Assembly: GCA_964016885.1 (NCBI GenBank)
Contig: OZ024746.1
Location: 72,664,001 to 72,728,000, forward strand
Length of the DNA stretch: 64,000 bases
Source: Eledone cirrhosa
Taxonomy: Eukaryota
Direction: 5' to 3'
Shown: in pieces, positions 49,788 through 62,984 of the stretch
Layout: the number at the start of each line of letters is the position of its first letter
Numbering within the stretch: the first letter of the stretch is position 1
Program-made: the position numbers and the translations under genes
Notes under the pieces: model-generated
Told to the model about the DNA's origin: nothing
The model's input: only the letters and a program-made list of their open reading frames with translations
The model's database searches: none

Positions 49788-50646
49788 TTTGTTTTGATAT
49801 GGTTATAGTTTCTACTTGAATTGGGGGAAGAGAATCTTTTCAAATAACACCGATAGATTTTTTTATCTAGTGTTAGGTTTTTTTAAGAGCGAGAGGAATA
49901 CAACGAGACCTCCAGAGACAGTGAGTAAAATACAGCAAAGAGGCGCAACTAGCAATGCAAATGATAAACCACGTGGTTTACCATTTAATCACTAACGGAT
50001 AAAGACCACCAGGTAGCGCGACCGGTCTCGTTCAAAAGGCCGCTGCTTAGCAAACAAGAGAGATTAGAAGAAGGAGGAGGTAAAGCAAAAATAGAAAGAA
50101 GGAGGAGATAAAGCAGAAATAGAAGGGGTAAAGAAAGCAAGTAAAAAAGAGAAAGAAAATGGCAAAATAATTAATTAGAGGAAGAAGAGAAAAGGAGTGT
50201 AAAGAAGAGTGGCGGTGAAGGAAGACAAAAATATGAGTGCGGGTAAGAGGGTTGAAGGAAAAGGATGTAGTAGGAGAAGGTGAAAAAACGAGGAAAAAGA
50301 AATTTGAGTTGGACAAAGGAGATGGAAAGATTGTAACGAAAAATAGTGTGAAAGGAGAGATAGAGAAAGAGTCTACGTTGAATTAAAGGCGGAGGGAGTA
50401 TATAAAAATAGGAGTAACTGGAAGAGGATGAAAAAGAATATGAGAACAACGGATGGACAAAAAATATATATGGAAAGAAACAGGAGTAATTGGCGGAGGG
50501 AGAGAAAAGGAGGAATGGCAGTAAGGCATTACGACATCCGGTTTCTAGAATTAGATATTGGAAAAGTATATCAATTGAAATTTTATTGATTGTATACTAG
50601 ATACACGTAATATATTTATGTCAATATATATATATATTACGATAAA

Positions 50647-50696
<50 letters not shown>

Positions 50697-51023
50697 TAGG
50701 CAACTTTATTCGAACAGTGAGTCGTATTTGATATGATTCATCGTAAGGCAGGTTACTAAGAAATTCAAAGCAATTTTGAAATTAGGTGTGCCATATGGTG
50801 ACAATATCGCACCAGCTCTGAACGAACGAATGCTCATTAAGTACTCTTTCTCACGTTTGTACACGCAAACGTGTGCGCTTGTATATATGACTCGTGGCCT
50901 AGTGGTAACAACTAGTCTTGAACTAGCTGTTGAAACAGCAAGAGCTCAGCCGTCAGGTCCCGACTCTCTATACTATAATCATGCTGTTGAGTAATGGTCT
51001 AACTAGTATCTGAATACATCCTG

Positions 51024-51054
<31 letters not shown>

Positions 51055-51407
51055 TCTGCTCATCTACCAGCCCAGCTCATGGAGCATCTATGGATAGTGT
51101 AGTGGCTTTTGTATTGCCAAAGGCTAGTCTACGTTTGACTATTCTATCATTCACTCTAACTACCTCAATTACCTGGTCTGCCCATCTCTCAGTTAGGAGT
51201 ACACCTACCCATTTTTGCTATTTACCCAGAAGAATTTGTACTGGTGTTCCTTGGCTGTGATGAATCGGGCTGAGGCGACACTCCATCTCCCTTCTTGCAC
51301 ACATCCACACATTTCCACAATATCACTGCACTGTGTTCTGACACACAGATATATTTATATATATACTAGCAGAAGTACTTGGCTTTGCCTGGGTTAAAGA
51401 AAATAAG

Positions 51408-51607
51408 GTTTCTAATTTAGGCACAAGGCCAGCAATTTGGGGGGAGGGGAAAGTCGATTAAATCGACTCAGTGCATTACTGGTACTTTATTTTATTGACC
51501 CCATAAGGATGAAAGGCAACGCTAACATTGGCGAAATTTGAACTCAGACAGTAATGGGCCATAATTCTATGTCGCTAAGCATGTTGCCCAACGCTCTACC
51601 GATTCTA
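51408..51607 (-). mobile_element. (ATT)n-tail SINE copy inside the Helitron
   Basis: Reverse complement of the 5636 family. Confidence 0.82.
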
Positions 51608-51844
51608 AAATTCAATTTGAAACTTCTAATATAGTTGTTTCTTTTATGTAAGATATCTTTTATTTGAAATATTATTATTTCATACTTAGTTTCTTTATTC
51701 CTTTCATACCTTGTCTGTGCTTAGGTTTTCATATTATTGATGAAATACAGTTGTAAATATTTTGGTTCTTCTGAAAGTGAGTATAAAGCCACTTTCATGG
51801 ATGACATTTGCACTAAAGGATGTCATTTGGAATGCATTATTGTA

Positions 51845-51946
51845 TCCCGCCGAGGTTAACTTTGCCTTTCATCCTTACGGGGTCGATAAAATAAAGCACC
51901 AGTAATACACTGGATAATTGCTGGCCTTGTGCCAAAAGTAGAAACA
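51845..51946 (+). mobile_element. 5'-truncated SINE inserted in the Helitron ORF, with 9-bp target-site duplication
   Basis: ATTATTGTA at 51836-51844 and 51947-51955; removal restores the KYNNAFQMTSF frame. Confidence 0.88.
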
Positions 51947-52839
51947 ATTATTGTACTTGTGGATATTTTGGAGAAAGTGTTTTGATTCAATAGATGTACC
52001 TATCAGCAGTTCTCGCAAGGGTTCTGATGGTTCAGGTAATAGTCTAAAATTAATCTTTCCATTTAAGCAGCATAATCCAGTTGACTTACCATCCCATTTT
52101 TAACACCACAATTTGGACAAATTTTGTTAATTGAGGAAATTAAAGGTTCTGAAGCATAGTCTTGATGGGGATTGTAACTAAAAGCAGCAAAGTTCCACTT
52201 GGCAACCTTTTTAAATCGTATATCTTCTGTTCTCACATAGCTTTTGAGTTGTTTGAGCTTCAGTTTCTTCATGCCATCTTTGAACTGCTCTATTTCTCTC
52301 CATTTACTGTCTGGTTGATTTTTGTACATCTGATTCCTCTTGATGAATAGTTGCTTCTATTGTTATATCTTCAGCAAACCTTTTTGATCTTTGTTTCTCT
52401 GATTCATCCTGTCTATTCCGTGCACTTCTTATTCTTTGTTGTTGAAGCCTTGATGATCCCTGTGCATCTGATTTATCCTGTCTGTTTTGTGCTGATGAAA
52501 AGTTGCATTCCTTGTCCTATCTGCAGCAAAATTTGTTGATCTTTGTCTTTCTGATTCATTTTGCTGTTGCTTTTCCTTGTTTTTGGAGTCTTTGTTGTTG
52601 CTCTTCTACACTTTCATTCTCCCTCTGTAGCTACTTTGCCATAGCTTTATGAGATTTTCTTCCAAATGAAGGTCTATTCTTCTTAGGCATATTTTGCTTG
52701 CACCTTCAAATGCCACTTAATTTTCTGTTAATAAAGTCAAGTCAAATTTTGTTGAATGGACCTGCTGTGGAAGGTTCTACAGGAGTATGAGATTGATGGT
52801 CAGCTCCTTGCTGCCCTGATATGAATGCCCAAGTATTTG

Positions 52840-53770
52840 TTTTCGGATAAATGGTGCTAAATTGAAACCATTAAATGTGGAAGTTGGACTCTGCCAAGGG
52901 TGTATACTGTCACCTCTCCTGTTCATTATTTACATGGACAGGATTGACATGCACAGCCGGGTTGGAAGTGGTATCATGACTGGCAGGTGTAAAATTAGTC
53001 AACTGGAATTTGCAGATGACATGGTGTTACTTAACTAGACAGAAGGTGATTTCCACATGGCTCGAATGAAAATCAGTGCTGCAAAGACTGAGACACTCAT
53101 CTTCTCAAGGAAGCCTGCACAGTGCACTCTACATGCAAATGGAGTTCCACTGAAGCAAGTGGAGAAGTTCAAGTATCTCAGAGCTATGTTCATGAATGAT
53201 GGCAGGCAAGAGGCTGATTTAAATGCAAGAATTGCAGGAGCAGGTGCAGTAATGCGCAAGCTTCAACATTTGGTATTCAAAAAAATGGAGGTAGGTATAA
53301 AAGCCAAACTTGCTATCTTCAATTTGGTATTCGGGCCAACCCTTGCCTATGGTCATAAATATTGGGTAATGAATGAAAAAATTTGACCACAAATACAAGC
53401 AGCTGAAATGAGGTTCCTTCGAAGGGTCTTTGGAGTAACAATACTCAAAAGAGTGTGTAGCTTGGAGATCAAACAGTCACTTCAGGTAGAGCCACTACTT
53501 CTTGAAATTGAGAGATCACAGCTCTGATATTATGGGTGTGTGGTTAGAATGTTTCAGGAAAGAATCGCTGGACAAATCTTATAAGCAAAACCGACCAGCA
53601 GGAAACACAGGCAAGGTGGTTGGATAACATTCATGAGCTCGGCTAGTTTTGGGTGGGGATTCAGCTGGATCAATTGGAGACAATTGCTTCTGACAGGACC
53701 TGATGGAAGGAGTGTTTGAGAACTCTGCTCCCATGACCCTCTCAGGAATAAGAGGGTGGGGAAGAAGAAA
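52840..53770 (+). mobile_element. RTE-clade LINE 3' fragment (second family)
   Basis: QGCILSPLLFIIYMD, EFADD, QVEKFKYL, PTLAYG..YW, QAAEMRFLRR. Confidence 0.85.
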
Positions 53771-54468
53771 TAAATAAAAATACAAATATTGATATAAACA
53801 TTATTGAAAGGGTTTGGGGGGGGGGGGGATTGGGGTTTATATTTGTCAAAGAAGAGGTTTCCAGAAGATATAATAGATAAATACAACTAAAAAAAACATG
53901 ACAAAATTGTCATTGGAGTTGTTTTTTCCTTGTATCTTGTGATGTATGTATATATGCATATTTGTTTGGTTGCACATGCATAGGTTCACTTACAGATGTG
54001 TGTAAATTGGTTAGCTGCTGAGATATACTGCACAGACTGTGTATCAGATAATTTAGATAATTATTTATTATCTAATAGGGGACAATTACATATATATTTG
54101 TGGTTTATATTTGTTAATGAATGATTTTCTTTATATATATATATATGCATCTATGTATACATGCCTCGTGCTATAAGAGGCTCCAGTTTTTCTCTGACGT
54201 CACAGAAAATTCTGTGAATTTGTTGTAGCTTAATTGCTATAAATTAATGTTTTGTCCCTCATCTCTTATTTCACTGGACAGCATTTGGTTTGTGTCAAAT
54301 ACTGTGACCCCAGGTGAACCAGCAATACTGTTGGTGGAGGTTGAAACTGCCTAAGTCCACCTCAACGACTGATGTTTGTATTTTTATTTTTTTTTTATAA
54401 TTTTTTAAGGTTTCCCCTTAAAAAATTGGTTTTTATTTTGCATTGTCCTCTCTTTGTTAATTTTCTTA

Positions 54469-54509
<41 letters not shown>

Positions 54510-56198
54510 GCATCATCATCATCATTTTACGTCCGCTTGATGATAACCAATCTGGGATTTGCCTGACCACTTCCTTTTAGTGCTAGTTGCCATCAAGACC
54601 TCCAGCATCCCCGGTCCTCTAACGTTTTCCTCCGCAAAATTAGGAGTGCATCGTGCCTGAGGTGGAATGGCTGATGCAGCGGGTGTCACTTGCTCTTCTC
54701 CATAGCAACATTTTTGTAATCTTATCTGCAGAGCGCTGCTGAGATATACTGCACAGACTGTGTATCAGATGATCAAGAATATGTACACTGTATCATAAGA
54801 AGCAACTAAAAATGTTGGTGTCAAGAAACATTGCCTCAAAAAGGACCCCATGGCATGGGGACCCTGCAAGGCTAACTCTGGCTGTAGTTGGGAAAATGGG
54901 TTTTAAATGTTTGTTGCATTGTTTGCTTAGTCTCAGCTGCTTCTGTGAGCAAATGAGATGTTATTTCTTCTGCCACTTCCAGACCTCCAAATAGTAATGC
55001 TGTCGGAACTCCTGGACCTACTTTCACCATCTCTCTCTCTCGAGTTATTCAGTCCAGAAATCAAGATTCTTGCAGCCACTATAGTGTAATAGCTTTGCTT
55101 TCTACCCTGTCTCATTGCTTTTGTTTCTGTACTGACAATGTAGCACAGATGCAAAGTGGCCCTGAGATTTTCAGTGGGTAGGGGCTATATAAACTTGAAA
55201 GTCTATGCTTACCCCTCCTGCCCACATGTTGTTCCTCATTACCTTTGTACTTACCAGCCACCTATATTGTTCTACATAGGTGATGAACCAAGGATGAATG
55301 TCACTGTCTATCACTATCACCCTTATATTGTGAGGACCCTATAGGTGTGTGTCATCATCCACATCATCACCATCTAGCATGTTTCCATGCTTGCATGTTA
55401 AATGGGTTGTCACATTATGAGGCTAGCCAGGTCAGGTGATCATGTCTTACGTATAGGGATCTGTTTTGGGCTTGGATTCTACAGCTGGATGCCCTTCCTA
55501 CTACCAACCACATTACAGTGTACTGGGAGTTTTCTTTGTGGCACCATCACTACCACTTTACAGGGTGGACTGGGTGCTTTTGGTTAGTCAACTATACAAC
55601 ACACAGCACAGTGAGCTGTCAACAAATGATTCCTTTACTGAGCACATGTTTGTGTCTATATATATATATATATTGTGTGTGCGTAGAAGTCGTGGCTTTG
55701 TGGTAGGTTAATACAGTACCAAAGCAACTAAGAGTGGACTGGGTGTTTTTTGTCATATGTCATAGTACCAGCACCACCTTACATGGTGGATTGGCTGCTT
55801 TGTGTTGTTGTGACATCAGCACTGTGGGAGAGCAAGTCCAACTTTCCATGCATGGGTAGTACAGCAAAGGTGTATCGGGTGTGGAAGAGTACATGCTTAT
55901 CATCATTAAACATGTTTACCATGCCCGCCTGGGCTGTCATGCTCTGAGACAGGGACAGTAGACCACGTTTAGTTCATACATTTCATTTTTGTTTTGGCAT
56001 GGCCTTTCTGGTCTTCTGAACCCTAACCAAGCATTTTATCATGGTACAAAGCAGGCCATGTCTGGCTTTCCCTGATGGCATGGGTGAGAGAGGGAATAGA
56101 TCAGCTAGATCAGGAAATGAGCCAGAATAAACTGAAAACATCCTGTGCCACATTAGAAAAACATTCTTGAAAAGTATAAAACAACACTATGCATCACA

Positions 56199-56410
56199 TT
56201 AACCCTTTCATTACCATATTTCTAATGAAATTTACTGTATTTAATTAATGAAAAATTTGGACCGATTTTACTAAATTTATTAATTATTTCAATATTAAGA
56301 TGGTATTCGAAATATAACTTATCTTAAATTTTAATATGAACCATTTAAAATAGATGCTTTTGTTTCATAGATCCTAAGATGTTTGGGATGGGTTGATATC
56401 AAAAGGGTTA
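56199..56410. mobile_element. piggyBac-type MITE remnant
   Basis: TTAA|CCCTTTC.TTACC ... GATATCAAAAGGG|TTA; related ends near 35162-35404. Confidence 0.55.
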
Positions 56411-57319
56411 CAAATTGAAGTATTTAGTCTAATATTGCAAATGTTCATAACAATCTGCCCAGTAGTAAAGATTCTATAAACATTTAGATGTGTTTTGCTT
56501 AATCATTATAGGATTAAGTATGAAAATAAAACTAAAATATAATGGCGGCTGTGTTTGTGGTAGGCAGCAGGGGGTGGGGGAGAAAGAAAGTTTGTACCAT
56601 CTGCCTTTCAATGAGGCAAGATTAAATAAAGGAGTTCTGAGCTCAAAAGCATTATAGTTTTTCATTGGTTGGCTGGTGAGATAATTAGGGGGTGGATAGA
56701 GTGGTAGGATTATAAGTGATTTTGGATGCTAACATTAATCCCTTCTGTCTCTTATTACTTATTAATTACTAGCACAGGTACAACCACAAACTTAATATAA
56801 TTACAGGAACACTCACAAAGGGAACTTCAAACACACTGAAACCCCTCCCCAATCACATTATGTGTTTATGCCCATCTTTATACACACACTTTGGTACATG
56901 CATATTCTGATAGTTATGTTCAAGCAGATAAATCTCAACATACACACACCTACACGTGTGAAGAAAAAGATGAGCCGGTGTAAGATATAAAACAGCCTTT
57001 TTGTTTTCTTATTGTGTGTTAACTAGGCATAACTTGATTATTTTTGTGTTTTATATTGTATTTGCTTTGTTTATATCTTCTTCCTTTCTACTTACCTATA
57101 TTTCTCTCCATTTCTGTATTTGTCTTACTGCATGAATACCTATCTCGCTTTCTATCCATACACACACATTGATAAGCTCTTACTAATTCACCAGTGAAAC
57201 CAACTGGGATAAGCATGTCTCACTTGTACATTTTTGGCAGTTTCTACAGTTGGGTACCCATAACAACTTTAAAGTAATGAGACATAGATAGTGAATGCAG
57301 AGGGTATGTAAAGGCCAGA

Positions 57320-57600
57320 GAGAAATGAAGTGAGTACGCTTCAATGGATGTGCAATGTTAATATGCATGAACAACAAAGCATGGATGAGCTGAAAGAAAA
57401 ACTGGGTATAATTAGATGTAACGTGCAGGAGAACCGACTGTGCTGGTATAGGCATGTGATATGTACAAACGATCATTGAGTGAAGAAGTGTCAAGATATC
57501 CCAGTGGAAGAAAGCTGCTAGAGAGGAAGATCAAGGAAGACCTGGCGAAGCTCACAGAGATAGCTAAGAGATGCAGCAAGTGGAGAGTTTATGTGCTAGA
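57320..57600 (+). mobile_element. Decayed RTE 3' fragment
   Basis: Homologous to the RNEACMLRWMCN...RLRWYGHV region. Confidence 0.65.
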
Positions 57601-58093
57601 AAAGAGGCATAAAATGGTGAAGACTATGATGATGCATACAACTGTCACCAACCACTTTATATGGCATATGAAACCAGCACTCTGAACTCTAGTTGGCTAC
57701 ATTCTTTCTAGACAAATATAACAGACAATGTGAATAAAGAGTGATGAAAAAGAATGAGTGTGATAGAAAATCTCCTAAATCAATGGCCAGCACATGTCTT
57801 ATATTTTTTAGTTCAGCAGCATCAGAAGATAGGATGACTTCAGTATCTACAATACTGAAAGGTTTACAGTAGGGCTCAGCAACAAATTGGACACATTCAA
57901 TTTTGAGGTGTTGCCAAACAAAGGAACAAAGAGTCCAGTAGATTCTTCAGTGCTGGTGCCACGATAGAAATGCACTCAGTAGAGCATGAGATTATGTATG
58001 CAAGATGTAGGCTCCTAGCCCATCTGAGAAATCAGTGGTCCTACTCGAGTGCTGATTCAGTATGATGACCCACCCAACCCCTAACAGGAGACT

Positions 58094-58830
58094 CATCATC
58101 ACCGTTTTACATCCATTCTTCCACGCTAGCATGGGTTAGACGGGTCGGGTGACCTTGTCTTGCTCATACAGGAACTGATTTGGGCTTGATGCCCTTCCTA
58201 ACACCAACCTCATTTATAGTGATGCTGGGTCCTTTTTTTTCCATGGTGCCTACATGACCACTTTACAGTGTGATATGGGTGCTTTTTTTGCCATGACCAC
58301 TTTGTAATGGGAGCATATTGTCTATATGCTTCAGCTTGTACCCATGGGATGTCGGGTCTTCTGTATTACTGCTAGACGCCAGAGGTTATGGTCCTGTGTC
58401 ATCGCCTTTGAGAGGTACAATTGGGTATGGTCAGCTTTTATCACCTCATCCCAGGTCTTCTTGGGTCTCCCCACCACACTCCAAATGCGCTGCACCTTTT
58501 TATGCAGCCGTCATACGCATCACATGTCCATACCAACGCAACTGCCTCTCCTGCACACAGCATTTGATTCCTCTTATGCTCAGTCTCTCTCTCAATTTGT
58601 TTATGCTTTGCTGTTCACGTATATTACTATTACACATCCATCGGAGCATGCAAGCTTTGTTCCTTTCTAATCTACACAAGTCTTCTATATGCAGCGCCCA
58701 GGTCTCACTACCATGTAACATTGCTGTTCGTATGCACACATCATACAGTCTGCCTTTCATTGAGGGAAAAGCCTTTTGCAGCTAGCAGTGGCTCCTTGAA
58801 CTTCTTCCATCCCGTTCTTACCCTGGTTAC
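58094..58830 (-). mobile_element. RTE LINE 3' fragment with (GAT)n tail
   Basis: ORF 58500-58760 KGRLYDVCIRTAMLHGSETWAL...RQLRWYGHV; tail as at 718-870. Confidence 0.88.
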
Positions 58831-60335
58831 GTGAAATGACGATCCTGTAATGATTTAGCAGAAAATATCTAAAAACAAATTTAATTTTCATAGTGTTCTT
58901 GTTAGTGGAAAAATTATTAAAGTTTGCAGTAAACTGAAGACTTTAGTCATGCAATTATAGTGCTGTTTGGTACTCTTCAATAAGGTCTTGATAATGTAGT
59001 ACAGTAGGTTAAGAGTTGGCAAAACAAAAAATAAATAAATTGAGTAATCACAACAAAGATTTGCTGAGCCTGAATATTCTCAAACATATATCATTATCAT
59101 TTAATAATTATGTGCCAAACAAGAGGGCTCTTCAGTTGTGTAAAAGACTTCCCTAGAATTGATGACTTACTTGATAAATGCACCCAGTACAGTTAAGTCA
59201 TTTGTGATAGGAAGGGCATCCAGCTGTAAAATAAACCTGCCAAACAAAGGGTCAGGGGGACTCTTCAGCTATGTCAAGGACATGACAACATCTCTTGCGC
59301 TGATGCCACAATAAAATAAAATGAGTAGTGTGTGAGAATGCTTTGTAAGAGATGCAGGCGCATGGCCCCCCTAAGCACCTGGTAGAGTGCAGGAACTTAA
59401 GTAAGCTTGATGCAGCCTTAAAATAAAATAAAATAAACCACCAATGAAGAAGCAGAAACAAGGTTACTTCATATTTTTATTTTTTTTTAAATCCAACAAT
59501 ATCATTCAGGTCCCCTGCCTGGAGCTCACCACTTCTCTTTGGGGTTAGTCACATAGTTAATTTGGTCACAATTATCAAAGTCTTCACTGATTGCCATTAG
59601 CTTTAAAGTCTGAGGTATTGAACTGAGCCTTTATGGAACAGCCATTCTTTCTCTCTCTCTCTGGAAGCAAGAAGAACTGAGGCAACGGATCTGTAGAATG
59701 AGGCTGAAAACTGAAAAGTACTGGATAGAGAGATTGGTGAAACAAAGGATGAGCAACCAAATAATCACTGTTAAACCATGCATGCCTCTGATGAATTACC
59801 AAATGGTGACCCATCTATCCGATGTAAATGGATCCACTGAATGAACAATTGAAGGGCATAGACAATGTTGATGTAGAATCAGTCAAAAGGGACAAATACA
59901 GAAAGAACAATTGTTCGGTTTAATGAGGGTGTTGATAAGAAAAGGACAGGTGTACTAGAACTACAAACAAGAAATTTACAGCTCAGTAGGTTTATCTGGC
60001 TTCCTACAAGGTTACATCTTACAGCTTTCTTCAGTGTCTTAATGAAAGGGGCCTCAGTCCTATCTCAACAGAAATGGGAAATAAAGTGGCATCTTGCTCA
60101 AGAACACAACCTGCCACCCAGTCCAAGAATTGATAATCATGAGTCCATGCAACTTCAGTATAGCTCTGAGGTTAGACTGGTGAATTGAGAAGACCAGGAT
60201 TACAATAGAACCAAACAAGTTGGTACATCTTAGTAAAAATGAAAAAAAAAAAACAGATGGGAGTAAAGGCTAGTTAAGCCAGGCAGAAAAGGAGAGAAGT
60301 GCTCAATTGGAAAGTAAGCAGACGGTAAAGGTGTT

Positions 60336-61133
60336 TTAGAGAGTGGAAGTTGTTATCACACGGATGTCAACATAAAGAGATATGGGGTTTGAAAGGAAGA
60401 GAAGATAAGTGTCAGAGTGTATAGTTGTCATGGATGTGGGAAGAAACCTCACCCACCAAGGGTTAGGGAATAGTGTCAAGATATTTAGATAAGAGCTCCA
60501 TAGAGCAGTTGCAAAAAGAGAGAAGGTTGTAACGATAAACTCCTTCATATACGATTGAAAGTGTATTTGATTAGTTCCACATGGATGATGGTAAAGTTTT
60601 TTCTTTGCTCCTTTCCAAAAGGATTCAATCACCTGCATATAGATAGTTTCTTGTCGAGGATCTACAAAATGTTTTTCTTGGATAACTAAGCTCTGGACTG
60701 ATTCCATACCAAAAGGATGATTTATTCCACTATATGCAGTCCACCCACTTGGCATTACTAAACTTTCTTCTAGAATGTTCTTTTCTCTATGCGACTTCAA
60801 TATACATTCTGCTCTGTCACCAACAGGTGCAAGGACATATTCCATTGCCCCACCAGGCTCCAATCTACCAAATAGCCAAGGATAAGAACCCATCTTAACC
60901 TCATATTTCCAACACCAACAAAACAAACAAGCTTTGTCTTTTTCCACAAATTGAATATTTCCAGTAGAACCGGTGGAAATCATGTAGAGAATATTTCCAT
61001 ACAGAACATTCATTCTTTGCTTCTTTGTAAACAGGTTACTTTTTGCAGCATCTGACTGAATTTGTGAGAGAGCCAATGGGCACATGGAAAGTGATGCTGC
61101 CTCCTCTCTTCTGCTGTAGTAAGTCTGCATCAC
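60336..61133 (-). pseudogene. Merlin (ISXO2/IS1595-like) transposase remnant
   Basis: WLFGRLE, PVGDR, SGWTAY, HFVDP, QVIESFWKGAKKKL and FQSYMKEF align to Merlin motifs (WVFGGIE, SDGWKAY, NHS..FVDP, IESLW). The catalytic D appears replaced; no TIRs found. Confidence 0.72.
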
Positions 61134-62700
61134 CAGAAGATTCCAAGTGGAAGGAAATTCTGAAGAAAAAAGAAAAGAGGAAATCTTATGATATCTGGTT
61201 CAAAATAACACTGGTAAGAAACCTATTATCAGATAGGACTGAGGATATTATGTTTCCATACTTAGATGCCCATATTTAAATTAAATCTCATCACAAAAAT
61301 ATCTCAAGATTTAAGTACCAACATAATACACTCGTGTATATACACATTTTTCACAAAAGTTTTCCATTGAAAACAATTTTCAAAATAAAGAGTTTGGAAG
61401 TATTTAATAATATATCTTTCTTATTATTTATTTGGCATTTGGAGTATAATTCAACAGATTCTTACATAAAATTATGATGGATTATAGAACTCAGGGCAGT
61501 GTTAGGTAGTTTGATATAGACAGGGTTAAGGGGATAATCATGAATAGGACATTTTTATCATAGCTCTGCTGGATCAGAGGCAAACAACATTTACTTGCAA
61601 GCTAATATGGAAACTAATGGATAATCACTCAAGAGGATAGACATAACTTGATGCATCATACTCTTGCACAGTGGCTGGTGTCACGATACCAACTTAACTC
61701 AATGTCCTGCAGCACATGAAACTGCATTAGCAAGGCATTTTTGAAAATTACAAATCAGCACTATGACTTAAAAATTGAAATCATTAGTTTACAAATTTTT
61801 ACAACAATACTGTCCACTAATAAATAAACTATAAACATTTGATTTAACAAACCTATTTTTAGATATTTTCTTTTAATCATTAAAAGATCTTAAGAACTCA
61901 TGTTCCAAATGCCACCTTAATGGCAGTAATATTACTAAATCCCACCAAATTTTTGATTTTGTTTCCCGTTAATTTTTACACCTTCCTTAACAAAAATATA
62001 TATATATTATATATTGGTCATGTTGCTGATACAACAAAAAGCACTGTCCACTTTTAAGTAATTGTGACTTGACATAAATCACCTGGTCATGCTGTATAAA
62101 GTGGTCTACTGGTGATTAGATGAATGAAAAAGTACCCAGCTGTAAAAACCAAACCAAAAACAGTTCTGTATGAGCAAGACAGTTCGGAAATATCCCCAAG
62201 AAACAAATTCTCTTAGGAAAAAATATTAAGTAAAACAAGTAAATGAAAATAGGACCACCTTTATATTTGTAGAACTGTCACAGCAGGACTTAGGTGACGA
62301 GGGGAGGGCTGTTCTCTAAAAATCGGGACTGTTGAAGCAGGAAGAATGGAAATCATCATAATCATAGTACATAACTTACTATTGCCATTGAAGGATAGTT
62401 TGTATATACATACATAAAAAAAAAAAAATCACATGTTGAAGTTATTTGATGCATATACACACACACAGCAAAAACCAACCAAACTGAGTGTTTTCTGTTA
62501 TTAATTCTGGCAATATTATTACAACAATATGACCCTCCCCAAGTATATATATATATATTATATATACATGTAAAGTTATATTTAAAATTGTTGGGTTACA
62601 ACTAGTAAATATTTATAACTGATATAAAAGCACTCGACAAATATTTGGAGTATATTTACAATATTAAATAAATGGAAAACTATATTTATAAAACCATATC

Positions 62701-62766
62701 TATTTCATTATATATATTTCGGGGATATCATATTAACAATATGCTATGCCTTCATCAGACAAAATA
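62701..62766 (-). ncRNA. Minimal hammerhead ribozyme (mirror copy)
   Basis: Reverse complement of 62812-62877. Confidence 0.7.
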
Positions 62767-62811
62767 CAATATAAACAGTTTTATAAACAGTCTATAAAAC
62801 TGTTTATATTG

Positions 62812-62877
62812 TATTTTGTCTGATGAAGGCATAGCATATTGTTAATATGATATCCCCGAAATATATATAATGAAATA
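62812..62877 (+). ncRNA. Minimal hammerhead ribozyme
   Basis: Stem I TATTTTGT/ATGAAATA (2 GU pairs); CTGATGA 62820-62826; long stem II; GAAA 62858-62861; palindromic TATATA; TA cleavage site. Confidence 0.72.
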
Positions 62878-62917
62878 GATATGGTTTTATAAATATAGTT
62901 TTCCATTTATTTAATAT

Positions 62918-62984
<67 letters not shown>

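Larger units (their letters stand above)
51366..52690 (-). mobile_element. Internally deleted Helitron with RepHel N-terminal remnant
   Basis: MPKKNRPSFGRKS start; AAFSYNP..DY; CPNCG; GLCCLNGK; KHFLQNIHKYNNAFQMTSF once the SINE is removed; 3' hairpin ACCCAGGCAAAGCCAAGT then CTAG|T at 51366. Confidence 0.8.
62657..62921. repeat. Near-perfect palindrome (132-bp arms) with two divergent hammerhead ribozymes
   Basis: Symmetric about 62789, with one mismatch next to the centre. Confidence 0.93.

Noticed and set aside
50915-50960. CTGACGG plus hairpin on - strand resembling a hammerhead
   Set aside because: Both core halves are mutated (no GAAA) and there is no stem I
59520-59900. Coding-like segment on - strand ending in a GTGAGC donor
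   Set aside because: Frames are interrupted or short; no recognisable homology or partner exon
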